64,000 nt of DNA from NCBI GenBank assembly GCA_965209055.1, contig OZ242374.1:896001-960000 (forward strand), written 5' to 3'. This DNA comes from Acidobacteriota bacterium. Lineage in GTDB: Bacteria > Acidobacteriota > UBA6911 > RPQK01 > JAJDTT01. Below are positions 19,467 to 29,490 of the stretch, piece after piece. Numbering within the stretch: position 1 is the first letter of the stretch; each line of letters starts with the position of its first letter. The position numbers and the translations under genes are program-made. The notes below the pieces were generated by a model. The model saw only the letters and a program-made list of their open reading frames with translations. It searched no databases and was not told the origin of the DNA.

Positions 19467-19757
19467 TCAATCGATCTTCTCAACGACCATGGTCACCTCT
19501 TTCACGTCCCCCTTGAGCTTGTAGTAGGTGTGGACGTAGGCGCCGGGTCCGAAGTCCCCCCCCTTGATGGAGGCGTCGGTCATGGAGAAGGTGAGACGGC
19601 CCTTCTTGCGGGCGCTGATGACCAGCTCGTCCGGACCGATGGACTCCACCGTTCCGTAGACGTCGAAGACCCTTTCTTCGATGGGTTTCTTCCGCCAGAA
19701 ACAGGCCGGCTGCAATAGCGTCAGCAACAAGACGGCGCAGAGAAAAGACCGGAACAT
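19467..19757 (-). CDS. Small lipoprotein (OB-fold-like hypothetical)
   Basis: Lipobox LQPAC; TAGAAT lies 7 nt before ATG 19757. Confidence 0.7.
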   Translation of the reverse strand: MFRSFLCAVLLLTLLQPACFWRKKPIEERVFDVYGTVESIGPDELVISARKKGRLTFSMTDASIKGGDFGPGAYVHTYYKLKGDVKEVTMVVEKID

Positions 19758-19802
19758 GGCTTGAATTCTAGCAGTCTCCAACATCCCCCGTCACATCCTC
19801 CT

Positions 19803-20219
19803 TCACCGGGCGAGCCGATTCAGCAACTCCATGACCCGCTGCTCGATCAGATACCGGACCACCCGGAAGCCGCCCATCCTTTCCTCGGGCGTCCCCCAGG
19901 TCCCCGCCGGGTCGGGAAGGTCCCAATGTTCCGATCGAAGCTCAGCCGGCAGCACCGGACACGAGTCCCGGGCGTTCCCGCACAGGGTGATGAAATAATC
20001 GTAGCGCCGAAGGTCCTTGTCTCCCAGCGCGTCGGAGGTCTGTTGCGAGATGTCGATGCCCACCTCGTTCATGGCCCAGACGGCAAACGGGTTGAGACCG
20101 GCCGGGCGCACACCCGCACTGCCCACCCGGAGCCGCTTGGAACCATGGCGACGAGCGAAGCCCTCGGCCATCTGGCTACGGGCGGAGTTGCCGGTGCACA
20201 CGAAAAGAACCGAGGGCAT
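19803..20219 (-). CDS. arsC: Arsenate reductase ArsC / LMW-PTP family
   Basis: VLFVCTGNSARSQMAEG, ITLC...CP, HWDLPDP. Exact start uncertain. Confidence 0.88.
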   Translation of the reverse strand: MPSVLFVCTGNSARSQMAEGFARRHGSKRLRVGSAGVRPAGLNPFAVWAMNEVGIDISQQTSDALGDKDLRRYDYFITLCGNARDSCPVLPAELRSEHWDLPDPAGTWGTPEERMGGFRVVRYLIEQRVMELLNRLAR

Positions 20220-20403
20220 CTTCACCACCATTGTGTCCGCCGGGCTGATCCCGGCTACCGGCAGAGAGTACGCTTCAAAAGGACTGTCTGACAACCCCGG
20301 CAGAAGGGGGATGACCTCTTTTCCCGTGCCGGATTGGGCGTGCCGGTGCTACAATACGGACGCTCCTGAAGACTCTGACCGAATCAACGGAGGACTGACG
20401 GCC

Positions 20404-21132
20404 TTGACCTGGAGCCATACCGGAATAGCGTCCAAGCCAGCATCAATCATTCTTTCGGCCTGTCTCCTCCTGGGCGCGGTTTCGGTTCGGGCGCAGCAGC
20501 GTTGGGAGATTCCCCAAAGGGAGAGGCATATCCAGATCGACGGGTTCACGGACGAGTGGCAGGGAGTGCCCTGGGTGAAGCTCTCTCCTTCAGCCGGCGA
20601 CGAAGGGTTCAAGGAGGGAGATGTCGAACTTCGGATTCAGGGCCTCTGGGACAAGGAGAACCTCTACCTGGCGTTGCAGTGGACCGACGACGTCTGGGAT
20701 ATCGAGCGGGTCCGGAGGCGGGACGCGGTCTGGATGACGCCCGATCGGAGGCGCCGGGACCGCACACTGTTTTACGACTACCTGAAATTCCACATTCGGC
20801 GGTCCGACTACGACTACACCTTCTGGATGACGCCTCGAATCGAGAGCCGGGGACCCTTTGGATGGCACCGCCTGCTGAAGGGTTACCGGGGGATGGAGAC
20901 CGCCACGTCCGCACCCATCGTCACCGCCAGGCAGAAACAGGAGACGGCCACGGTGGAAGTTCTCTTCGCCTGGAAGGAAATGAGCATCAAACCCAAGTCC
21001 GGCAGGGCCATTCCCCTGCTATTGACCCTGGCGGACAGCGACCTGCCCGGCACCTCCCTCGAGATAAAGCTGGAGCAACTCAAGTCGATCCGCTGGAGAG
21101 GTGCAATGAGTCTGGCCAAGACTCGACGATGA
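20404..21132 (+). CDS. Secreted CBM9-like / sugar-binding domain protein
   Basis: Signal peptide, IQIDGFTDEWQGVP, LWDKENLYLALQWTDD; GGAGG before TTG 20404. Confidence 0.65.
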   Translation: MTWSHTGIASKPASIILSACLLLGAVSVRAQQRWEIPQRERHIQIDGFTDEWQGVPWVKLSPSAGDEGFKEGDVELRIQGLWDKENLYLALQWTDDVWDIERVRRRDAVWMTPDRRRRDRTLFYDYLKFHIRRSDYDYTFWMTPRIESRGPFGWHRLLKGYRGMETATSAPIVTARQKQETATVEVLFAWKEMSIKPKSGRAIPLLLTLADSDLPGTSLEIKLEQLKSIRWRGAMSLAKTRR

Positions 21133-21222
21133 ACCACCCGGGACCTGGCGGAATCGACTCGTCACGGCGTCCGAAGATCGATCCTGGCCGCTGAGTAAAA
21201 TTCGGCGGCTCATCGCGGATCC

Positions 21223-22020
21223 ATGCAGCAGCAGAAGGTTCTCATCACCGGTGCATCGGCCGGAATCGGTGAAGCCACTGCCTACGCCTTTGCGGCGAAA
21301 GAGTGCGAGCTCTTTCTGGTGGCCCGCCGAAGCGAACGGTTGGAGCAGGTGGCTCATGAGTGCCGCCGCAGAGGCGCGCCCCAAGCCGTCTGGGCTTCCC
21401 ACGATCTGAGCCGCCCTGGACGTGGAACAGCAATCGTCCGCGAGTGCCGCGAGCAGCTCCAGGGTCTGGACGTTGTCGTTTCCAATGCCGGTTACGGTGT
21501 CGTCGGTCCGGTGACCGAGATTCCCCCGGAGGCCGTGAATCGGATCTGGCAGGTCAACTTCCAGTCCGGATACGAGACCATCCACGCCGCCCTTCCCGGG
21601 CTGCTCCGGCAGCGAAGCGGACACATCGTCCTGGTCAGCAGCGTCATCGGGAAAAGGGCCATGCCCTTCAATTCGGCGTACTGCGTGACCAAGTTCGCGC
21701 AGGCGGCCCTGGCCGAATCGCTTTGGGGCGAGCTCAGAGGGAGCGGCGTGGGAATCAGCCTCATCTGCCCCGGTTATACGGCAACCGAGTTTCAGGAGGC
21801 GGCCACTCGCACCGAGAGCGCCCAGGCCGCCAGCCGGCCATTCCGTCCCGATACCTCGGAATCGGTGGCGCGCGCCATCGTCGGCGCGGTCCGGCGGCGG
21901 CGCCGGGAAGTGCACATGACGGGACTCGGAAACTTGCTCATCGGCCTGAACCGCCTGTCGCCGGCCCTGACCGCCCACGTCACAGCTTGGGTGGGCCGCC
22001 GTCAGCTCAAGAAGATCTAG
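21223..22020 (+). CDS. Short-chain dehydrogenase/reductase
   Basis: TGASAGIG, SNAG, YCVTK catalytic motif. Confidence 0.95.
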   Translation: MQQQKVLITGASAGIGEATAYAFAAKECELFLVARRSERLEQVAHECRRRGAPQAVWASHDLSRPGRGTAIVRECREQLQGLDVVVSNAGYGVVGPVTEIPPEAVNRIWQVNFQSGYETIHAALPGLLRQRSGHIVLVSSVIGKRAMPFNSAYCVTKFAQAALAESLWGELRGSGVGISLICPGYTATEFQEAATRTESAQAASRPFRPDTSESVARAIVGAVRRRRREVHMTGLGNLLIGLNRLSPALTAHVTAWVGRRQLKKI

Positions 22021-22324
22021 CCCGGCATTCGCTGCAGGCGCAGAGCTCCCTCAGGTAGTCGAAGGTGTAGATGCCGCTGGAGTGCCCGTCCTGCCACCAG
22101 ATCCGGATCGCGTAACGCCCCACCAGTTCCAGAGACGCTGGAGCGACGCCCTCGCCGATCTGGCCCGGCTGCAGGATGCGGAGACCCGTCATCTCGTCGA
22201 CGCAGGAGGCGCAGGGGCAGGCCAGCCTGAGATCCCGGGCCAGATAGAGGCACTCGTGCCCGTCGCTCCAGGTGATGGCGACATCGTGCTGATTGGCCCG
22301 GATGATCCGGCGAGGAATGTTCAA
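22007..22324 (-). CDS. DUF971 (GBBH-like N-terminal) protein
   Basis: WSDGH, LRLACPCASC, VGRYAI, DGHSSGIYTFDYLR. Confidence 0.92.
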   Translation of the reverse strand: MNIPRRIIRANQHDVAITWSDGHECLYLARDLRLACPCASCVDEMTGLRILQPGQIGEGVAPASLELVGRYAIRIWWQDGHSSGIYTFDYLRELCACSECRARSS

Positions 22325-22345
22325 CGAGCTGCTTGAGCCTCGGAG

Positions 22346-23425
22346 CTAGAAGGCGATCTGGATCTCCTGATTCAGCTCGCTGGACATGTTGCGGATGCTG
22401 ATCTGCGCCGCAAGGTTCTCGGCGACGCTCACGAATGATTGGGCGGCCAGCGACTCGGGAGCGTCCAGAACGATGGGGCGTCCCCGGTCGGACTGGACTC
22501 GAATATCGGTGGAGAGAGGGATGTCCCCCAACATCGGAAGCTCCAACTGCTCGCTGACCCGCTGCGCGCCTCCATCACCGAAGATGGCTTCGCGCGCGCC
22601 GCAGCATTTGCAGACGTAATAGCTCATGTTCTCCACCATCCCCAGGACGGGGCAGTTCAACTGGTTGAACATGATGATGGCTTTCTGGGCCACGTTCAGG
22701 GCCACGTCCTGCGGGGTGGAGACCACCACCGCTCCGGTCAGGGAGATCTTCTGGCAGAGGCTCAGTTGAACGTCCCCCGTTCCCGGCGGCAGATCGATCA
22801 CCAGGTAGTCCAGCGCTCCCCACTGGACCCCGCCCAGGAACTGGCCGATCATCTTGTCCAGCATGGGGCCCCGCCAGATGACGGCCTTGTCTTTGGGGAG
22901 GAAGAAACCCATGGAGATGACGCCCACGCCGTATTGCCGGAACGGGAGGATGCGGTTCCCGGGCGCCATGTCCGGCCTGCCGGAGATCCCCATGAGAGTG
23001 GGAATGCTGGGCCCATAGACGTCGGCGTCCAACAGGCCGACGCTGGCGCCGCTCCGGGCCAGGGCCAGGGCCAGGTTGGCGCTGACGGTCGACTTCCCCA
23101 CCCCGCCTTTTCCGCTGGCCACCGGGATGACGTTCTTCACGTCGGGCAGGAGGGCGGCCCCGCGCGATCCCATCGACGATCGGACCTGCGCCGTCATGGT
23201 GACGTGGGCCTCTTCGATTCCCGGCAGCGACAATATGGCTTGCCGCGCCTGCTCCTGCATCAGGTCCTTCACCGGACAGGCCGGCGTGGTCAATTCGATG
23301 GTGACGGCGGCCGCCGGACCACAGAGCTTGACCTCTTTGACGAACCCCAGCGAGACGATGTCCCGCCGGAGGTCCGGGTCCTGAACCTTTCTCAGCGCGT
23401 CCAGAATCGCCTGCTTGTCACTCAT
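22346..23425 (-). CDS. apbC: Mrp/NBP35 Fe-S cluster carrier ATPase (ApbC) with N-terminal DUF59
   Basis: DPDLRRDIVSLG, TTPACP, GKGGVGKST, WRGPM, PPGTGD, ENMS..CKCC. Confidence 0.95.
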   Translation of the reverse strand: MSDKQAILDALRKVQDPDLRRDIVSLGFVKEVKLCGPAAAVTIELTTPACPVKDLMQEQARQAILSLPGIEEAHVTMTAQVRSSMGSRGAALLPDVKNVIPVASGKGGVGKSTVSANLALALARSGASVGLLDADVYGPSIPTLMGISGRPDMAPGNRILPFRQYGVGVISMGFFLPKDKAVIWRGPMLDKMIGQFLGGVQWGALDYLVIDLPPGTGDVQLSLCQKISLTGAVVVSTPQDVALNVAQKAIIMFNQLNCPVLGMVENMSYYVCKCCGAREAIFGDGGAQRVSEQLELPMLGDIPLSTDIRVQSDRGRPIVLDAPESLAAQSFVSVAENLAAQISIRNMSSELNQEIQIAF

Positions 23426-23513
23426 CTCTCACATCCAGTCGTTATGGGTCGTTGGCCAGCCGAAACATCGCACCCACATTCTACACGCCTCATCCATTTG
23501 GCAGCGCAGCCGG

Positions 23514-24491
23514 TCACTGACTGAACTCGACGAAGATCCTTCCTGCAACCCGCCGGGTGAACATCCGGACTTCGTGCGCCCCGTCCTCATCGCGGCCGTC
23601 CGACTGGTAGTACAGGACGTAGCGGCTCTTCATCTCCTCGATGATGTCCCGGTAGATCTGTCTCAGATCGAGGAAGGCGTCCGAGAAGATGGTCCGTCCT
23701 CCATAGCGCCGAGTCTGGTCCAGAAACCGGTTCTGGGACACGACGAACCGGTGAAAGGCGCGGCTGATGTTGCTCCGGACCGGCGCCTCCCGGTCCCCCA
23801 GTTCCCGGCGATAGTTCTGGATGAACTGGTTGGTGTAGATGATGGGGTAGACGGTGATTCCCTCTTGCCGCGAGATTCGGATCATCTCGCGGAAACTGGA
23901 CCGGCTGGCGGTGTCGATTCCATCGCTGATCAGGACGACCACCTTCTTGCCCGATCGCGAACTGAGGACATTTCGGCAGACCCAGATCACCGAATCGTAG
24001 AGAGCCGTCTTGCCGTCGCTGGAGACACGCGCCATCAGCGACCGGATATCCTGCGGCCTCTCGTCCCAGTCCAGGATCAACTCCGGAGTCCGGGAGAAGC
24101 GGACGACGGCCGCGCTCTCGTTCTCCAACCCGCGGAAAAAGTCGATGGCCGTCTCAACGGCATTCTTCAGCAGATCCTGGAGGCTCCAACTGGTATCCAC
24201 CATGACCGCCACGTTGATGGGAACCTCCTGCTCTTCCAGCAGGGTGACGTTCTGGGGCCGGCCGTTTTCCATCACGACAAAGTCGTCTTTGGAAAGATTG
24301 CGGATCAGGTGACCACGGTCGTCGCGAACCAGGAAGGTGACCCGGATGTGCTCCACCGCCATCTCGACTTCGACTCTCGAGGTGCCGGCGCCGTCAACTT
24401 TTTCTTTCGGAGCGGCATCTTGCGCTGTAGCGGGGAAAGGAACACTCAGAGCCAAAAGACTGGTCAAGATCCAGGGGGTGCGCCTGAGCAT
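23514..24491 (-). CDS. VWA-domain protein (Acidobacterial VWFA-related type), exported
   Basis: NLSKDDFVVMENG, MIDAS DTSWS, TALYD, ISDGID. Confidence 0.88.
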   Translation of the reverse strand: MLRRTPWILTSLLALSVPFPATAQDAAPKEKVDGAGTSRVEVEMAVEHIRVTFLVRDDRGHLIRNLSKDDFVVMENGRPQNVTLLEEQEVPINVAVMVDTSWSLQDLLKNAVETAIDFFRGLENESAAVVRFSRTPELILDWDERPQDIRSLMARVSSDGKTALYDSVIWVCRNVLSSRSGKKVVVLISDGIDTASRSSFREMIRISRQEGITVYPIIYTNQFIQNYRRELGDREAPVRSNISRAFHRFVVSQNRFLDQTRRYGGRTIFSDAFLDLRQIYRDIIEEMKSRYVLYYQSDGRDEDGAHEVRMFTRRVAGRIFVEFSQ

Positions 24492-24629
24492 TGGGAAACC
24501 TCAAGATAGCCTACCAGCGGTTCAAATGCGAACCGAAAACCGGTGGCCGCGGCCCCGGCCCGGGTGCGGCGTGGGAGTTTCACCACGGACTGGTAAGCTA
24601 TCCAGGTCAACGGGAGCAAGTCACCCGCC

Positions 24630-25190
24630 GTGAAATACGCCAATCAGATCAACACCGCCCTGGTCGCCGCTTCGGCCCTGTTCGTCGTCTACATTCTGAC
24701 TCAGACCTATTGGAGCACCGATCCGGCCGAGGAGATCGTGCATCCCATACGCCAGGAGGGAAACCCGGCCGAGAGCCTCTCGCCCGAGGTGTCGATGCCG
24801 GGCCCGGAACGCCGGAGTCCGGCGCCCGGAAGGCTTCCTCGGCCCGGATCGGAGACGGCCCCGGTCGAGTCGCCGGCCACGAGTTCGACCACGCCGCCGC
24901 CGGCCGCGGTCGTTGGAAGTCCGGTCCGGCGGCTGGGAGGCCGGCCCCAGACGGCGGCGCCTCGCGGATTGACGCCAACTCCATCCCGGACGACGCCGTT
25001 GAGCCGGTCCCCGGCTTCGCGGACGTCCCGGGTTCCTCCCGTCACGCCTCCCTCCGGCAGTCGTCCGGCTCGACCCTTGATGCGGCCTCCCCGGAATATC
25101 GTCCCCGAAGAGAAGCGGCAGACCGGCGACCCGGCGCCCACTCCGCCCGTGCGATCATCCGCACCGGAACAGCGCCTGCCTGGTCCCTGA
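24630..25190 (+). CDS. Membrane-anchored Pro/Arg-rich hypothetical protein
   Basis: N-terminal hydrophobic helix then low-complexity sequence; fills the gap between neighbouring genes. Confidence 0.55.
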   Translation: MKYANQINTALVAASALFVVYILTQTYWSTDPAEEIVHPIRQEGNPAESLSPEVSMPGPERRSPAPGRLPRPGSETAPVESPATSSTTPPPAAVVGSPVRRLGGRPQTAAPRGLTPTPSRTTPLSRSPASRTSRVPPVTPPSGSRPARPLMRPPRNIVPEEKRQTGDPAPTPPVRSSAPEQRLPGP

Positions 25191-25214
25191 TCCTCGCCGG
25201 GAGACCATCCCGAA

Positions 25215-26561
25215 TCAGCCTTGCCGAAGGGCTTGGACCGGATCGACCCGGCTGGCGCGATTGGCCGGGATGACTCCCGATAGAAGGCTCAACCCAACCG
25301 CAAAACCGATGGCGCCCGCAACCAGCCAAAGTGGGTAGGCAAAAAGGTCGGGAGGATTCAGAATCTCGTGACTCCGGAAGTAGCGGTCGATGAACACCGT
25401 CGCGACCCGAGTCAGAGTCCAGCCCGCGAGGAGGCCCATAACGCCGCCTGAAAAACCGATCAGACCCGCCTCCGCCAGGAAAATCCGGCGCACGTCCCGG
25501 TCGGTTCCTCCGATGGCCTTCATGATGCCGATGACTTGGCGGCGTTCCATGACCGAAATGATCAGGACGTTGGCGATGCCCAAGGAGGCGACGAGCATGG
25601 CGATTCCGCCCAGGACGCCAAGGACCACCTCAAGCACCAGAAAGGCCTCCTGGATTCGTTTCATCTGGTCGACGATGGCGAACGTCGCCGCTCCCCACGA
25701 CCGAACCTCCTCCCGAACCCGCTCCAGACTCACCAGATCCGCCACTCGCACGTCGATGCTGTCGTATTCCCGTCCCCGCCCCTCTTCCAATGAGGTCAGG
25801 CCTGACATGGAAGCCATCCCGCTCGCGTTCTCCTTCCAGAGCCGCCGCGCCTCGTCCAGGGGGACGACCACACCCCGGAAAAACGGATTGGTCTGATTGG
25901 GAAGCAGGCGCGGCAGGACGCCGACCACCTGAAAGTCGAGTCGAACCGTCTCGAAGGGGAGGTCCCCGTCGGCGACGTCCTGCTTGAGACGATCGGTCAG
26001 GAGCTGGATGGTCTCCCCAACGGCTTGTTCCGGGGGCTCGAAGCCCAGCCTGCGGGCCACCCGGCCGGTAAGGACAATCTCGTCGCCGTTGGTGCCGGAG
26101 AGAAACCGGCCATGAGTGATCTTCGAATAGGGGGACAGGGGGGCCACGTGCGGACCGGCGCCGCGAACCCGGGTCAGGTGAACATTTTCACCGTGCTCCA
26201 GACGAGCCGCGAACCGTATGTCCGGCTGCACGCTGACCACACCATCCAGGGCGGCGACTCTCCGAACCAGGTCTTCGTCCAGAACCGGCCGGGGGCGGGA
26301 GGCGGCCGTGTTCGGGTCCGGGTCAGGATCTCGAAATCGCCGGAAGCTCTGGGCCCGGCCCGGCCCCAGAATCTGGAAGGAGGTGAAGACCTCCCGAACC
26401 TCCAGGTTCTCCACCGTCTGCTGCCGCAGCCCGGCTCCGAAACTCACCAGGGCCACCAGAGTGGAGATGGCGATGAGAACCCCCAGGCAAGTCAGGACGA
26501 AGCGGAGGCGCGCCTGTCCGATGTTGCTCCAAGCCATCTGCAGGACGTCTCGCCAGGGCAT
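25215..26561 (-). CDS. MacB/FtsX-family ABC transporter permease
   Basis: LTCLGVLIAI, GIANVLIISVMERRQVIGIMKAIG, PANRASRVDPVQALR; TAATG overlap with the ATPase gene. Confidence 0.93.
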   Translation of the reverse strand: MPWRDVLQMAWSNIGQARLRFVLTCLGVLIAISTLVALVSFGAGLRQQTVENLEVREVFTSFQILGPGRAQSFRRFRDPDPDPNTAASRPRPVLDEDLVRRVAALDGVVSVQPDIRFAARLEHGENVHLTRVRGAGPHVAPLSPYSKITHGRFLSGTNGDEIVLTGRVARRLGFEPPEQAVGETIQLLTDRLKQDVADGDLPFETVRLDFQVVGVLPRLLPNQTNPFFRGVVVPLDEARRLWKENASGMASMSGLTSLEEGRGREYDSIDVRVADLVSLERVREEVRSWGAATFAIVDQMKRIQEAFLVLEVVLGVLGGIAMLVASLGIANVLIISVMERRQVIGIMKAIGGTDRDVRRIFLAEAGLIGFSGGVMGLLAGWTLTRVATVFIDRYFRSHEILNPPDLFAYPLWLVAGAIGFAVGLSLLSGVIPANRASRVDPVQALRQG

Positions 26562-27286
26562 TATTGTTCTCCCGGGTTTCCGTTGCCGTCGGCGTGGCTC
26601 GTCCCCAGCCGTTCCGCGCGGAACAGGCGGCCATCCCTCAACTCGATCACGCGGTCCAGGCATTCCCCCCAGAGATCCTGCTCATGGGTGACGCAGATCA
26701 CGGTGCGTCCCTCCTGGTGGAGCCGCTTGAATATTTCCAGGATCTCATTGGCGGTGGCGCTGTCCAGATTTCCGGTGGGCTCGTCGGCGAGCAGAAACTG
26801 GGGATCGTTGGCGAGTGAACGGGCGATGGAGACCCTTTGCTGCTCGCCGCCGGAGAGTTGGGAGGGGACGTGGTCCAGCCGGTGGGAGAGCCCCACGCTG
26901 TCCAGTAGAAACCTGGCCTTCTCCGCCCGCGTGCCGGGACCCAGACCGGTGAACGCCATGGGCAGTTCCACGTTCTGGAGGGCGGTCAGGGTCGGAACCA
27001 GGTGAAAGAACTGAAAAACCATTCCCACGGTGTGCTGGCGATGGTGAGCCAATTGGTCGGGACTCATTTGGGCGAGATCCCGCTCGCCGACCCAGAGCGA
27101 GCCCGAGCTGGGGCGGTCCAGCCCCGCCAGCAGGTTGAGCAGGGTCGACTTCCCGGAACCGGATCGTCCGACCACCCCCAGAAACTCGCCCGGAAAGACT
27201 TCCAAGGAGACTCCATCCAAGGCCCGGACCACCCGCTCTCCCATGGGGTAGTCCTTGGTGAGGTTCTCTATTCTCAATGATTCCAC
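26561..27286 (-). CDS. ABC transporter ATP-binding protein (LolD/MacB-type)
   Basis: GRSGSGKST, LSGGEQQRV, LLADEPTGNLD, VTH; GTG start at about 27286. Confidence 0.95.
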   Translation of the reverse strand: MESLRIENLTKDYPMGERVVRALDGVSLEVFPGEFLGVVGRSGSGKSTLLNLLAGLDRPSSGSLWVGERDLAQMSPDQLAHHRQHTVGMVFQFFHLVPTLTALQNVELPMAFTGLGPGTRAEKARFLLDSVGLSHRLDHVPSQLSGGEQQRVSIARSLANDPQFLLADEPTGNLDSATANEILEIFKRLHQEGRTVICVTHEQDLWGECLDRVIELRDGRLFRAERLGTSHADGNGNPGEQ

Positions 27287-27395
27287 AGCGCGCGTATTGT
27301 GACCGATTTCTGCTCGTCGTGCCCAAATTTCGTGCCGGAGCGGCCCTTGGTGTCCACTTGCAAGATCTCGTCCGTTGGTCCAGCATCGTAGCCCC

Positions 27396-28256
27396 ATGAG
27401 ACGCGCCTGCACCGCCCTGGGACTGTGGCTGGTCATCGTTATCGCTCCCGCTCCGGGGTCGAGCCGGGTCCTGGAACGAAAGGACCTCCCTTACCACGAA
27501 GGGCCCGGCGCTCACGCCAGCAAGCACCGGCTGAACCTCTACCTTCCGTCCGCAAGCGAGGGGCATCCGGTGCTGGTGTTCGTCCACGGCGGTTCCTGGA
27601 AACGGGGCGACAAGGACGCCTACGGGGGGGCCTACGGCGCCATGGGCCGGAGCCTGGCCGCCGAGGGACTCGCCGTCGCGGTGATCAACTACCGCCTCAC
27701 GCCGGAGGTGCGCCACCCCGAGCACGCCCGGGACGTGGCGCGAGCCGTCAGTTGGGTCCACAAAAACGCCTCACTGTACGGATGGAACGCCCGCAAGATC
27801 GTTCTCGTGGGGCACTCGGCCGGCGCGCACCTCTGCTCCCTGACCGCGCTGGACGCTATGTATCTGAAGGAGCACGGACTGACCCCGGACATCATCGGCG
27901 GAGTGGTGGGCGTCAGCGGCATTTACGATCTGACCCGGCTCGGCGTGACCGGGCAGCTCCTGTTCCAGGATGTCTTCGGAGTCCGGGACGAGCAGCTCCA
28001 GTCCGCTTCTCCGGCCCTCCGCGTGCAGGGCAAACCGGCGCCTTTCCTCCTGCTCTATGCCGACAGGGACTTGCCCACGTTCGACTATCAAGCCCGGCGT
28101 CTCGAGGGCGCCCTCGGCGACGCGGGAGGAACGGTTCGGAGCGTGGAGATACCGGACCGCAACCACGGGAACATCATCGCCGGACTGGGTCGCAAGGGCG
28201 ATCCGGTCCGGGATGAAGTCCTCCGCTTCCTGAAGGAACTCTTCCCTTCCGGATAG
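27396..28256 (+). CDS. Exported alpha/beta hydrolase (HSL/BD-FAE-like esterase)
   Basis: HGGSW, NYRL, GHSAG, late His in RNH. Confidence 0.9.
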   Translation: MRRACTALGLWLVIVIAPAPGSSRVLERKDLPYHEGPGAHASKHRLNLYLPSASEGHPVLVFVHGGSWKRGDKDAYGGAYGAMGRSLAAEGLAVAVINYRLTPEVRHPEHARDVARAVSWVHKNASLYGWNARKIVLVGHSAGAHLCSLTALDAMYLKEHGLTPDIIGGVVGVSGIYDLTRLGVTGQLLFQDVFGVRDEQLQSASPALRVQGKPAPFLLLYADRDLPTFDYQARRLEGALGDAGGTVRSVEIPDRNHGNIIAGLGRKGDPVRDEVLRFLKELFPSG

Positions 28257-28267
28257 CCGCCGGCACC

Positions 28268-28861
28268 ATGGTCGCAAAAAATCCGATCGTGCCCGGCCGC
28301 CTCCTCTGGTCGGGAGAACACTGGATCTGCTTCCTGCGTGCGCCCGGAACCTGCAAGGACACGGCTCGAGTGAGCCTCTACCGGTCCCACTACAGCCCCG
28401 CAGGCGAGGGGCACGTGGCGTTCGTGGCCGTTCCCGGCCGGTTCCAGGCGGTCCTGACTGACAACCCTGCCTTTCTGGAGTTCGTCCGGGAGACCATGTT
28501 TCGAGGGAAGGCGCCGCCCTTCGACCCCTGCCTTCCGGTCGTGGATGCCGTTTTTCGCCGGGGCGGCGAATTAAACGAGTCGCCGTTATGGAATATGGAG
28601 ACTCGCGACCATCATCTGAATGTGACCTGGACCCGGCTGGAGCCTCCCGCGGTGGCTTATCGGGATGATCCGGAACTTCAGCGCCGGAGACCCGTTTTTA
28701 CGGTTCTTTTCTTTTGCCGGGGCGCGCGCGTCCTGCTGGATGGACGCCGCATTGACGGAGCCCCCTACCCGCGAAGCATCTGGCGGGAAGCGCTGGGAGG
28801 CGGAGACCGGAGTTCCTGCGTCTTCGCCATCGCCGAAACCATGATCCGGCCCCCCGATTGA
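28268..28861 (+). CDS. Hypothetical protein
   Basis: Co-directional, 11 bp after the hydrolase; protein-like composition (WSGEHW, SPAGEGH). Confidence 0.65.
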   Translation: MVAKNPIVPGRLLWSGEHWICFLRAPGTCKDTARVSLYRSHYSPAGEGHVAFVAVPGRFQAVLTDNPAFLEFVRETMFRGKAPPFDPCLPVVDAVFRRGGELNESPLWNMETRDHHLNVTWTRLEPPAVAYRDDPELQRRRPVFTVLFFCRGARVLLDGRRIDGAPYPRSIWREALGGGDRSSCVFAIAETMIRPPD

Positions 28862-28944
28862 GCGGATCACCAAAGGTTCACGGGCAATGAACCATTTCGA
28901 CCCGGTGACGGTCTAAACTATTAAGCGCCTGATGGTATAGTCTG

Positions 28945-29487
28945 ATGGGAAGCCTGATCATGATGCTTAGACTAGTCCTCATTGCCCTCTTTCTCCTCCA
29001 ACCCCTGGCTGCCGAGAAGAAGGCCGACACCGGGGCGCCCAAAGGGACCGCAACCGTCGAGAAGACCGGGCTTTTCAAATTACACGGGTTTTCTCTGGGA
29101 GCCGGAGCCAGCTACAGCCGGTTTCGCTACTACCCCCCGTTCGGGTACTTCCCCTACTACTCCTACTGGGGCAGGTACCCGTACCACCACTTGACCGGCG
29201 CCTGGGCCTACCCCGATTTCTACCATCCCGCTTACTTCGCGGGCTACGGACGAACCGCCCGGGGTGGCCGCATCAAGTTGAAGACGAAACACAAGGAGGC
29301 GAGCGTCTACCTGGACGGCGCCTTCGCCGGCCTGGCCAAGGACCTCAAGGATATCTGGCTGGAACCGGGCGTGTACCAGTTGAAGGTGGAACCCGATCGG
29401 GTCGCGCCCTTCGAGATCCGGGTCTATGTGCTGACGGGCAAGACGGTACGGATTGAACCCAATTTCCAGGAAAGATCCCAGGAGTAG
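28945..29487 (+). CDS. Secreted PEGA-domain protein with Tyr/Gly/Pro-rich segment
   Basis: ASVYLDGAFAG...WLEPGVYQLKV...VYVLTGKT; signal peptide. Start may be about 28960. Confidence 0.8.
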   Translation: MGSLIMMLRLVLIALFLLQPLAAEKKADTGAPKGTATVEKTGLFKLHGFSLGAGASYSRFRYYPPFGYFPYYSYWGRYPYHHLTGAWAYPDFYHPAYFAGYGRTARGGRIKLKTKHKEASVYLDGAFAGLAKDLKDIWLEPGVYQLKVEPDRVAPFEIRVYVLTGKTVRIEPNFQERSQE

Positions 29488-29490
29488 ACT

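Noticed and set aside
19803-20294. Arsenic resistance operon
   Set aside because: arsC-like gene only; no arsR, arsB or acr3 nearby.
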